Positions 35,781 to 48,253 of a stretch of 64,000 nt of DNA are shown one piece after another (the stretch's first letter is position 1; each line of letters begins with the position of its first letter). The translations under genes and the position numbers were made by a program. The notes under the pieces are model-generated. The model worked only from the letters and a program-made list of their open reading frames with translations, searched no databases and was not told the origin of the DNA. The stretch is from Vitrella brassicaformis CCMP3155 (Eukaryota > Protista > Chromerida): NCBI GenBank assembly GCA_001179505.1, contig CDMY01000581.1, positions 248,001 to 312,000 on the forward strand, given 5' to 3'.

Positions 35781-38700
35781 ATGAGCTCCCCCGCCAAGAG
35801 GATCAGCGTGACACTGCGAGGGCAGGCGGGGCCGCAGAAACAGGTCAGGAAACAGATAGATGACGGCCGCCATCTGTGCCGGACGTCTCTCTCCCATCCC
35901 CTGTCTGTTGAGCTGATGCTTGGCCTGCCTGCCTTGTGTGTGTATACAGGTGGTGACGGCCTCTATCGATGAGCTGAGGGCGAAGCTGTTGGCGAAATTC
36001 GGTCTCTCTCACCGGTCCATCCAAGAGGCGCGGCTGTACGTCGATGAGGTACAGTAAGCGAATACATATGATGAATGAATGTGTCACTCAGTCAGTCAGG
36101 GGTGGGTGGATGGATGTGTGTGCGGGTGTGTTGACACCGTCCCTGTATGTATGTGTATGTGTGTGTGTCTGTAGGATCTGATTGAGGATTGTGATGACTT
36201 GGTGGATGGAGATAAGGTGGTCCTGGACCTCTCGCCACGGAGCTCGGGGGCAGACAGGACCGCTGCCCCGGCACCACCACCAGCACTCCCACCAGCACCC
36301 ACTCCATCCGCCGCCCCTGGACAGCAAGCGCGGCCACGAGTGCTTCCGCAGCTCACACAGCAGCCCTTCCAGCAGCAGCCCCAGCAGCCAGCTGGGCCCC
36401 AGCAGCAGGAGCGAGGTCGGCAGGCATCGCAGCAGCGTGTGAGCAACGGCTCTTCTGTCGACCACCAGCACGAGCAGGAGTGCCGCTCTGACGAGCGGTC
36501 GGAGGAAGACCGCACATCGCACACGAGCGAGGACAGTGAGTTGGGGCGGGCGCTGGCGGAGGTGCAGAGGCTGAGGGATCGGGGCAACGCCGCATTCAAC
36601 CGAGGCGATGCGGGGCTTGCTGAGGCTATCGAGGCCTACTCGCTCGCCATCGATAAGGCAAGTGGATGGGTGGTTCGTTCGTGACGAGGGAGGTGATGTA
36701 TAGGATTGACTGGGCTGCTGTGGTATGTGTGTGTGTGTCTGTGTGTGTCTGTGTGTGTATGGGATGGGTGTTCAGCTTAGTATTCGCAGCCCGGTAGGCT
36801 ATCGGTTGAGATCGCGGTCGGACTCCTCGTCTGGCGCGCAGCAAATCGCCGCCACAATGGCTCCGCTGTACGGCAACAGGTACGCACAGTGGCACCCACA
36901 CCAAACCGACAACACACACGCAGCCTGGAGCCTGGGAGAGTGATGTGTGTGCACAGGGCCTTGATGCACTTCAAGGCAGGTGAGTACGAGAAGACGATCG
37001 AGGACGCCAACACGGCTCTGCAGTTCAAACGTGACTACGCCCCGGTCGGTCGGCGAATAGGCACATGGCCCGCCGCAGATACACACCGCTGTCACTGACT
37101 GGCGTGCACTCTCCCCCTCTCTCTCTCTTTCTCTCTCTCTCTGTCCCCCAGGCGTATTTGCGTCTGTGGGGTGCGTTCGAGAAGCTGGGCCGATTTGGTG
37201 AGGCGGCGGAGAGCCTGAGAAAGGTGCTCGAACTCGAGCCCAGACACAGGACAAACCAGTAGGCGACACACATGGACGGACGGACGCACGGATGCAAATG
37301 TGTCCATCATTCGGTGGTCATTCACGTTACAGACACCGAGAAACCTTGAATCGCCTGCTGGCGGCGGCTGCCCGCCAGAGTGCCGCAGCACCAGCTGCTG
37401 CCGCACCCGCAGCTGCTGCTGCAGCAGCAGCAGCAGCAGCAGCGCCCAAGGCTCCCCCCGTGGCCACCACGCCTCTCCGCCCCCCTCCCCCTGCAATCAT
37501 CGCTCGCCACTTTGCCCGGACCAACGATGCTCAAAGTGCTTCTCCCACTCCCCCACCAGATCACCGGGCGGCAGGTAATGTCAACGAGGAGGACGGCTGG
37601 GTAGTCGTCCCTCACGCAGAGAGCGAGAGCGGGGCTGGGGGTGCGCCAGGGGCGGGGCCCCCGGGGCAGGCCGGAGGAGTGGCAGCGCGCAAGAACATCA
37701 TGAAGAAGCTCAAGAAAATTGACGAGTACAAGAAAGCCATAGCGCGAGGTATCTCATGTAGCCAGACAGCCAACCAAGGAAGCCGAAGCTCGCGTTCCGT
37801 CCGTCGAGGGTGGTGAAAGTGCCCCTGTCCGTGTGTCTGTCTGAGCCTGTGTGCAGGTGATGTGTTGCAGGCGGCCCAGCGGCAGTTGGTAGAGCGCGAG
37901 CCTCAGTTGCGCGAGCAGCTCGAGAGACTCAGGGAGGCGGGCGGTGGCGGCAGTGCTGGTGGGAGTGCTGCTGCTGCTGCTGCTGCTGCTAGTGGTGGTG
38001 GTGGTCACGAGACCGCTACGACCACAGCAGCAGCAGCAGCAGCAGCCGCAGCAGCCGCAGCGGGTGTGTCTGGCGGGCCCTCTCGCGCGTCCTTCTCTGC
38101 GTGGACGGAGGCCCTCAATGACACTGCCCAGCCAACCGTCGTGCTCAACTGTGCCAACTTAGGTACCTACCCACACACTCAGTGGGAGGCCACTGACTCA
38201 ACAAACAGTCACCACGCGCGTGTCGTGTCGTCGTGTGTTGTGTGTCTCCAGGTCACACCTACGCCCAGGTTGTGTGTTCAGCGGGTCGTGACGAGCTGCG
38301 GCGTTTCGAGATGATGCGGCGGATGGGTCGCGGTAGTGGGGGCGTTGGTCTGTATGGCGAGCAGGAGGGCATGGGGCTGCGTGCCCGGCCCATGCGCACC
38401 CATTTCTCGTGGGACGGCATCCGAGCGGCTGTCAAGTATTACGAGGCGAGGGGCGTCAAGGTGGTGGGCATCGTCACCCAATCTGTTGTCTCACGTCATC
38501 CGGTACGTGAGGGGTGAGAATGGATGTATGGACGGAGGATGGGATGGATGCGTTGAATGAATGCGCCCTTGGTGCTGGTGTGTGTGTGCTGGTGTGTGTG
38601 TCTCAAGATACCAAGCGACTTGGCTGACATCATCACGCAGTCGCCAAGTCGTGACGAGGCGAGGGACATCGACGATCTGTTCACCATCAAGACCGGTAGG

Positions 38701-41700
38701 TAGGGAGAATGATCTGATCACACAGCGCACCGCACACCCGTTCGTATCCCTCCTGCATTTGCTGTGCTGTTTGTGTGGTGTTGACTGATTCGTTTGACAT
38801 GGCATGAACACCCCCCCAGCGATGCAGCTGAATGCCCAGTACGTCGACAACGACAACTACCGCGACTGGCTGTCAAGGGCTGAGGCCGACGTCAAGGACT
38901 TCCTGCGCCGGACCAAGCTCACACACCACGTCTGCTACATCTTCACTAACCCAGATGGCAACTACGTGCCGGACAAAGAACCACTCACGGTGCGTCTGCC
39001 ACCGAGCATAATTCTAAGACACGTGGCTGTCAACCATTCAATCGCCCGTATGTGTATGTGTGTGTATTGGCTCACAGATAGCGTCCACCCCTCCCCCGCC
39101 CATCGTGAGCATCCTGGCTGCGTCCGAGTACGCCATCAACACCAACTCGCCCCCCCGCCCCTCGCCAGCACCATCACCCACCACCACACCATCCACACCG
39201 TCACAGCAGCAGCCGCCGAGCACCCCCGCTGCCACACCAGCGGCCCGGCGACGGGTGCAGCTCAGATTGCAGCCACTCTGGTCAGTCTGCAAAGGGAAGG
39301 CAAGGCGCGTCAGGAGTGTGACACATACATGTGTGTGTGTGATGTCTCGCGCGTGTAGGTCGCCCAACCAGTTGCCTCGTTCGTTTGAGAGCCCTTTGGA
39401 GGGGTGGCAGATCGAGCACTTGCATCCGATGACGGTTGAGGTCGAGTTGGGCAAGAGCGTCGCAGAGGCCACCAAGGACATGACTCAACAGCTCCTTGCC
39501 AGATGCAGCCTGGTCAGCCCCCTACCACTGCAGATGTCACCGTGCCTGTCTGTCTGTCTGTCTGTGTCTCCATCCATCCATCCTGACTTCTGGCAGGTTT
39601 GTGAGCATTTGCGCCCCGACTTCGCGTCCAAGTTGTCGCTGCATCTGTTTTCGGGCGAGGGTTACGCCATCTCGGCGCGACTCAACTCTCTGTCCCTCGA
39701 AGCGCTGCGGGCCCGCAACAACGAGGTCATGTTCGCGCTGCTCACTCTCGCCTCCGCCGCACCGTTCGTCGACCTTGCCCTCCAGGGCGGCACGGAGGGA
39801 CCGGTCAACGGCAGAGACGGCTTCTGTGCACAGGGGTTCGCACATACGCACTCACTCATGGGACGGAACGCCCGCTGATATGATGCGTATGTGTGAGTGT
39901 GTGTGTTCAGGTATGAGGGCGGCCTGTTCCCCCCCTGGATGGCTCGTCGGTCGGGGTCAGGTTGGCGGAGCAGCCACGTGAGTGAGCGGAGCCTCGCCAT
40001 CTTCTGTTCGACGCTCAAGGTGGTTGCCCGGACCATCAAGGGGTCGTTCAAGCGGCCCCTCCTGGCCACCGTCCGCCGACTCACCCAGTGGAGCCCACTG
40101 GTGCACGCACTCAACCAGCTCTTCTCGCAGGAGACCAACCTCACCGTGGGGCAGAAGGTGCGCCAGATAACTAACAGAGAGAAGAGAGGCAGCCACACAC
40201 ACGTATGCATACGTCCATGTGGCCGGTTGTGCGTGGCTGATTGTTCAGGCGATCATACTGCAGGGGATGGTCTTCATTTTCGCGCAACTGTGGGCGGCGG
40301 TATCGCAGACAATGAGCAAGGGGCCCGCCGCATCTTCCTCGTCTGCATCGTCCTCCTCCAGCCCTTCTCCCGCCGACGCGTCAAGCTGTTCACTCGACGC
40401 CCTGCTCGAGATGTCGCCCTACTTCTGGTACGTACGTGATCCTTGACGGGCCCGTCAATCCATCCATCCATCCATCCATGTGCGTGTGTATGTGAACAGG
40501 GCGTACCTGCTGCTGGAGGCCGTGTTGGAGGACAGCGAGGCCAAGTGCGCAGGCTGCGACGCCAAGCTGGGCACCGACTTCTTCTTCCGCATCGTCCAGG
40601 CCGCCCCCCACAAGCCCGCCAGACCCGATGGCGACGACACTGCTGACGGCAACGACAAGAGGGCGGGGACAGGCGGCAAGGGCGGCGGCAAGAAGGGCGG
40701 CGGCAAGAAGGGCAAGAAGGGCGCAGGCAAGAAGCCCAACAGGAAGCGCCGTGTGGCCGACGATGACACCGACGTCTTCGACGCGCCGGACGACTGCGAG
40801 CCCGACGACGGGGATGCGGAGGAGGGGCAGGGTGGTGATGGGGCCGCTGACGAGACGGCCATTCCGCACTCTCTGTCGCTTGATCTGCGGTGCGGTCAGT
40901 GCAAGAGCGCCTGGGATGAGCTAGAGTGTCACGAGGCGCAGGAGAGGGAGAACAACACCTCGAAGCGCAAAAAACGCAAAAACCACCAGCAGGACGTGGC
41001 CAGGGACAGCCTAGGAGAGGTTGTCAAGGATGAGTTGGGACCGTTCCAGCAGGTAAGTAACTAAGCATGCCGATCCATCCATCGTTCGTATGGATACTGA
41101 TCGGCATCCATGACATGTGCGTGTGTGTATGCGTGTGCAGATTCGCCGTTTCCCGTGGGGCACGCCCGAGCAGGTTGAGTCGTTCGCCAGCATCGACTTC
41201 AGCAAGTACATGGAGCAGAAGGTAAGGTACACACGACAGACATGCCATCCGTCCCTAAGCGAGCCACTGCGCTGACCGCTCTGTGCGCCTAATTCCCATT
41301 CCTGCAGGTGGTGCCGTCAGCAGACTTTCTGGCCAATTACGCTGATCGCGATTGCCCCATCTGTGAGGAGAAGTGCAACCCCCCCGTGGAGCTCAACTGC
41401 AACTGTCGGGATGGGAGGGGCATCCGTGGCGTCATCTGCCTCAGCTGCGTATGTAACATCGGCATCAGGATGTGCCCCTTCTGCGCCACTGACCTTGGCC
41501 CGCTTGACTACAAGGAGGTACGTACACCACGTAGTGTAATCCTGTACACCGCAGACCGAACAACACACACACAACACTTGCGTTATGGATCTCACTTCAT
41601 GACCTTGTTGGCCCCCTCGAGCAGGTCGTGTCCACCCTGCACACGCGCGCCAACGCGTACCACGAGGTCCTCAAGGCCAGGCACCCTGGAGAGGTACGTA

Positions 41701-44700
41701 CGCATCTGTCTGCACACACATGCACATGACACACTCATACATGACATGACATGCACGTGTGTGGTGTGTGGTTGCAACATGCATGGCTCATCAGGACGAG
41801 TGTTTGGTGTGGAAGCCGTCCATCAGGATGTCGCCCAAGCAGGCCGACCTGCTGCGGATCGCCCAGCCGCCGCGCGTCATGCTGACGGCGGCGCAGTTGC
41901 TGGGCCCGGCCGACAGCAAGCGCTACGCCGGCAGCCTCATCGATGGCGTCCACGTCGACATGGCCCTCGGACAGCCATTCGGCTACCGAACTGATGGTGG
42001 GTGGCCTCACAGAGAGCAGGCCTCGATGGTGATTGTTGGGGGATTGGGGGTGGGGTGCATTGATTGTCTTGCGTGCGCTTCAGGGGAGAAGAGGGCGCGG
42101 CTGTGTTGGTTCCCCCCTCTCGATTTGAAGGACCCATCGCTGGACGGCACCGTGCTCACCTTCAATGCCAGCGGACAGACGTACGGCGTGAGAGCACAAC
42201 ACACATGCGCACATACGCAGAAAGGGATGGATGGATGGGTTGTGCAGGGTGACGTTTGAGTCCAAGGGCAAGGACCCCGGCATCGGCACTGGCGCAGTCG
42301 TGCTCTTTGACCCCATCCAGGGCGGGACGGACGTCTGTGACGGTAACCAACACACACACACACACACACATGGCAGCCAACCGCTCAACACACGCGTCTG
42401 TCTCCTTGTTGTTTGTATGCAGCTGACAAGATCGCCCAGCAGCTCAACGCCTCGTTCCCCAACGGCGACCCCCAGCCGCTGCCCCCCTGCGCCCGCCACG
42501 CACAGACCCTCAAGCCCGTCCCCCCTCCCAAACCCACACAGACGGGCGCACCGCTCGATGGCGCACCCAGCACCACCACCCGCCCCACAGCCGCAGCTAA
42601 GAGCAAACAGAAGAAACCCAAGGCCAAGGGGGCTGCTGCAGCCGCAGCATCAGCTGCCGACGCTGGTGCTAGTGCGGCGGCCGGAGCAGCAGCGGCAGCT
42701 TCGGTGGGCGGTGCTGGTGACATGGTGGACGAGGAGGAGCTGGACCTGGACGTGCAGGACGCCCTCGAGGAGTCACTACACCTGGCCAGGCAGCACCGGG
42801 GCGGCGACGGCGAAGGCGATGGAGCGTCGTCCGAGAGCGGAGATGAGGAGTCGGAGAGTGAGTCACCGGAGGGTGCGAGTGCAAGTGCGGATGAGGAGGC
42901 CTTAGCTGAGCGCATGGACCGCTATCTCGAGGAGAGGAACCGTGTCCTCAACAGGGGCACGCGCGCAAGGGGTGAGGGGGCTGGCGGGGCGGCTGGGGGC
43001 GAGTGGCTGCGCACACGCAAGGTCGAGGAGGCTGTCGTCGTGCTGCTCGACGTCTCAGGTAACCACAAACCCCACACTCCCTGGCTCACCACCCATGCAT
43101 CCATCAGTGTATGTATCTCCGTCCATCCCTTCAGAGTCGATGACTGACCGAGCCTTCCCGTCTCACTATGGCGCCCCTCCGGCGGACAGGACCCCCGAGT
43201 GGGACCCATCCGCCCCACAGGGCTTCCTCTCCTTCTTCCCGGAGACCTGGAGCGAGAATGACATCTTCCGTCTGTTCCAGGCGCAGATGGGCTCCAACAT
43301 CATCCGCCCTCGCGGCATCCGCATCCTCAGACACAGAGAGACAGGCATCTCCAAGCGACAGGTACGGTGTCTGTCGGTGTGAGGGGTGGTGGGTGGCCCA
43401 TTTGTGTATGCCTGTGGGGCCGACTGGCCGGCCAATTAACAGGCATTTGTTGATTTTGTGGATGTGGCTTCGGCCAATGCGGCCTTGACGAAGCTGGATG
43501 GCTTCCTGGTTACGAGCGAGACGCCCTCAGTGCGCATCAAGCTTCGGAAGGCCGAGGCGGGGCCAAGGGGGCGGGACAGGTGAGGCAAGAGAGAATATTG
43601 CGCCGACACATGATGGATGGATGGATGGATGCATCGACACATGAGCGGATGGCGTGTGCCTGTCTGTCCGTTAAATCAGGTCGTTCCTGTCTCGGCTGGA
43701 TACGGTCAAGCAGCTGTTCAACTGTTTTGCGAATCGTGTGGAGGCATGTGAGCAGCCGAACACAGCACAGCCATCGAACCAACCAAGACGCCACTGGCTT
43801 GTTGGTCCTGATGAAGCACTCACTTACCCTGCTGGCTGATGCAGACGACTGCCGGCTGAGCATTGGTTTGGTGGCCTTTGGCGACAACGTGGTCATCTCA
43901 CAGCCACTCACATCCGCCGTAGAAGGTAACTCAATGAGCCACTGAATTAGTGAGCACAAGGACCCCCCCACACTCATCGCTGTCTCGGCCTCAGACTTCA
44001 AGGTGTCCTTAGACGAGGCGACGGCCGAGGGTCAGACGCGGCTCTACGACGCCATCGACGTGGCTACCAACATGCTGGTCGAGTACTGCAACCGTGTCGA
44101 GGGTGTGACGGATGACACTGACGATGAGGAGACCGAGGAGCCTTCAACCAGCGAGCCCGGCACGGACGGCACGCAGCGGTCCCTGTCGTCCATCGGGTCG
44201 CCGGAAGCCCAGCCAATGCCATTCTCGGCCGCTCACTCCGGAAGGGGTGGTGGACGGGGCGCCGGCAGGTACACACACATCCATCCACACATGCACAGAC
44301 AGACAGACAGACAGACACAAACGTGGTGCTGTGCTGTGCTGTCGTGACATGTATGTATGTCAGAGGGCTGTATCACTTGATGTCAAGGACGCTCGGCCCC
44401 CCATCCCCCCTCCTTCCCTCGTCTTGCCCACTAGCTCCACCACCACACGCGGCAAACCCAAGCCATCGTCAGCCAAACAGCAGCAGCCACAGCCCACGGT
44501 CAGTGCAGGAATGCCCGAGGGTCGCATTCGCCGTCGCATCCTGGCATTGGCCGATGGGGAGGACACCGTCAGCCAGAGGACGGCAGTCGACGTGCTGAAG
44601 AGGCTGCATAGCAACCCGTGTCGTGCTGGACGCCGTACTCGTCGGCGCCTTCCCGCCTGCCCAAGTTGCCCCCAAAACACGGTGAGGGAGAGAGAGAGAG

Positions 44701-46872
44701 AGAGAGAGGCACGCAGGCGATCGACAGTTTAGAATTGATGCTTTGTGTCATTCATGATGTGTGTGTAGAATATTGGGTGCGATGGCGCGTGCGAGCGGTG
44801 GGTGCTGGCTGGAACCGAAGGACCTGAACCAGGCGCTGCAGCTCTTCGAGCGGGAGAACATGCTCGAGACCAAGACACGCACAACCAGATACATCAAAAC
44901 GGTCAATAACCCCCCCACCTCCCCTCACACGCATCCGTGCCTCCAGCCATCTATCCATCGTTGCGTCTCCCTCCCTTCTTGTTCTCTCTGCAGGGTGCGT
45001 TCGGTTCGGTGGATGAGCTGACCAAGATGGTCAAGACCAACCCCAAGCCCGACGAGACGGAGTCCTTGGCAGTGCCTCTCGGCCTGCAGAACCCCAACCA
45101 GACCGAGTTCGTGGTGCTGCCGTCCACCATCCTCTCGCAGGCAAACACCATACTCGCCGCCAACGTGACCGGCATGGGACCCATGGGACCCACTGCTGCC
45201 AGTCCTGGTAGTCCTGGTCCTGCGGGTGGTCATGGTGGTGCTGGTGGTGCGGTTGGCAGTGTGGCCAACCCCGCCAGACGGATGAAGCGGATCATCAATG
45301 AGCTGCAGAACGTAGAGGTGAGTGAGTGAGGGAGAGAAAGTGGGTGGGCACACGTGTGATTGTGTGACTGTTTGTGGGGATGTGTTGTGTGTATACGTGC
45401 AGGAGAACCCTCATCGCAAGATCCACGTGTTCCCGTGTCGCGACGATCTCAACTACTGGAGAGTGGTCATCCAGGGGCCCACAGACACACCTTACTCAGG
45501 AGGTGAGGTGCATCAGCCAATGAGGCCGACCTGCCGACTAGCCGACCAGCATCCACTGTGACACGCTGCTGTGTGTGTAATGCAGGGTTGTTTCTGCTGT
45601 GGGTGGCCTTCCCGCCCGATTACCCCGCCGCCCCGCCATTGGTGCGTTTCGCTCAGGATCTGACGCGCATCATCCACGTCAACATCAACCCTGACGGAAA
45701 GTAAGACAGACCAAATGCAGGGGTGGGTGGGTGGGCCGGGCACATAACGTGGAGGCCGCGTGTGTCGATGTGTGTGTGTATGTATGTGTTCTGGGCGCGG
45801 CGCAGGGTTTGCCATCCCATCCTTGACCGCAGCTACTCCATGCAGACTCGCCTGCAGGAGGTACGGTGCGGTACGCGCCCACCGCACACGACACGAACAG
45901 ACGTTGTGATGGTTGGCCTGCCCTCCCTCTGGTCAGATTCTGACCATGGTGTATGCGCTGCTCTTCAACCCTGAACCGAAGGACCCCCTCGACTCATTCC
46001 TCGCAAGTGAGTGAGTGGATGAGCCCACCACCCACCCAATCCTCACCACAACACAACAGCCCACACACACACATACATACGCACACACACGCATGGACGC
46101 ATCTCTGTCCCGTGTGTCGTCTTGGTCAATCCTGCAGACATGTACTGGACGAACCAGCAGGAGTTTTACGAGTATGCCCGCAGGGTGACCCGCGACAAGT
46201 GCAGCTTATCCTTCGAAGAAATGCTGCCGCGCATCATGGACCCGGCCGCCTACGACCAGTGGCAGCGGGAGACCCCTTATCGATGCCCACTGGTCAGATA
46301 TATCAATTGAGATATATAAGGCACTTTCCCCCTCCCCCGATGACTGACAACACACCGTCTTGTGTGACTGCAGACGCATCATTTCTTCAAGGATCCCGTG
46401 CGGACGCCTGACGGTATGACGTACGAGCGTGAGGCCATCAAGGAACACATCGAATCCAACGGGCCATTCGACCCGTTCATTGACAAGTGAGTGAGGACAC
46501 GACCCCACACGCGTCAGGTGCCCAGTGAAGGATGTGTGTGTCTTTGTGTGTGACGTGTGAATATATGCAGCCCGTTGTATGAGGAGAATCTGGAGGCGGA
46601 TGTGCGGAAGAAGTGAGTGACCCAGGGCCAACACACACACACACACACACATACACACGGAACACCGATGCGTGCATGCATGCATGCATGCATGCATCCA
46701 TCCACCGACGCCCCGCCCCCCTTTGCCCCTCTGTCTGTGAACGCGTGTGTTTTGTTTTGTTTTGTTGGTGTGGTGTGTGCCATGCAGGCAGCAGGTGGTC
46801 GAGTACATCACCTCCAACTGCCCCTTCCTCGACCTCAACAGCCGATATGCACACACACACGCACACACATGA
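35781..46872 (+). CDS. Giant multidomain protein: Ubl/KHA-like, TPR, Zc3h12a/Regnase-type NYN, Zn ribbon, RING, VWA (with RRM insert), UBC E2, U-box
   Basis: Hand splicing of about 40 introns; most junctions phase-checked and no stop found until 46870-46872 (roughly 2,400 aa, estimate). Motifs: TPR (RLRDRGNAAF…LYGNR|ALMHFKAGEYEKTIEDANTAL…AYLRLWGAF); NYN (VVLNCANLG|HTY…FSWDGIRAAVKYYEARG…DIDDLF…YVDNDNYRDW); RING (CPIC…CNC…CLSC…CPFC); VWA (VVLLDVSES…TRLYDAI…RILALADGED); RRM (GISKRQ|AFVDF); UBC (RIINEL…WRVVIQGPTDTPYSG|GLF…FPPDYP…HVNINPDG|RVCHPIL); U-box (RCPL|THFFKDPVRTPDGMTYEREAIKEHI). Confidence 0.8.
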
Positions 46873-48253
46873 CTGACTGACAGATAGATAGGTGGAGAAA
46901 GAATGAAGGACACACATGATCCGATCCCTTCGTTACATGACATGTGTCCGTCCATGGGATACTGAGGAAAGTGATTGGATTGGAAGGTATGTATCTATCT
47001 ATCTTATTTATCTGACTTGCCTGTTGCTGTTGCTGGGTGGGGTGGGGTGGGGTGAGAGAGGGGTGAGAGAGGTGCCAGCCATTGATTGGTGTATGTAGAG
47101 TAGCAGCTGTACATACATACAGACTGACTGACAGCCAGAGAGGCAGACAGACAGACAGACAGAATTATGATGGATGAGCATTTGACCTGTCTCGTTGCTT
47201 TCTTGTTGCTCTTCCGGGAATCAATCGTCTTGCTGCCGCAAGTGACTTAGTGAGGGAGGGAATGGGCGGGGTCAGGTCAGGTCAGCTGGGGGGTGGGCGA
47301 GCCAGACATAATTTTTGGTCGGCCGGCAGCAAAACTGAGACTCAGACAATAATGATTGATACTGACTGGTCGATAATTGGCAACGCAGCACAGTGAACGA
47401 ACACTCACTCACACACGGCCGCACATGGACACACGAGAAGGTGGACACGAAGCAGACGGAAAGGCTGGGGCGCCAGCACCCAACCACGCATTATAGCATT
47501 TCGCAAAGAGAAAAGAGTGCAACCATTTCCTCATTCATTTATTCACTCATTCACCACACCAACACAGTAAGTAAGTATTCTCTCTTCCCTCACCTCATGT
47601 GTGCTGTGCCTGCCTGCCTGGCCAGCCAGAGTCGGTCGCCTCACGGAAAGCTTCACTCAAACGTGAGATCGATCGACAGCAGATCGAGCACAAAAAAGAA
47701 AGAAACAAACTAACGACGAAATTAAAATTGCTAGCGGCACTTACTGGCTGCATGGCTCATATCTCCGCCATCTTCAAGGCGGCGGTGTGCCAGTCCAGGT
47801 ATATATGGATAGATAATGTGTAATCGAAATGCACTCATAAAATAGCGGGCTGAAACTGACCACTTTCCGTCTGTCTGTCTGTCTCCGCTTTTCTATCTGC
47901 CGGCGGTGGACCGTGTCCACGCGCACAGGAGCTTCATCTCATCTATAGCTAAGCACAACGAGACGAGACGAGACATGGGAGCACAAGACAATTGGCAGCT
48001 TGGCAGCACCTGGTACGCACAGCTGCGGCTGGCGTGTAATACGTATGTATGTGTACGTATGTATGTATGTATGTATCCGTGCACTCAAAGACCAGTTAAA
48101 TGATTGATTCTACAAATGAATGCCTACAGACTCACACATGCAGTGCAGTCCGTGTCTACACAGCCCGCCACCCTGGACAGGACAGCAGCCCAGCCCAGCC
48201 CCCTCCTACAAAAACTGGTGGACTGGACACACAAAATGGCTGGGCTGGGCTGG

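Noticed and set aside
46672-46694. (ATGC)n self-complementary tract as a structural element
   Set aside because: Ordinary intronic microsatellite of a type seen throughout the window.
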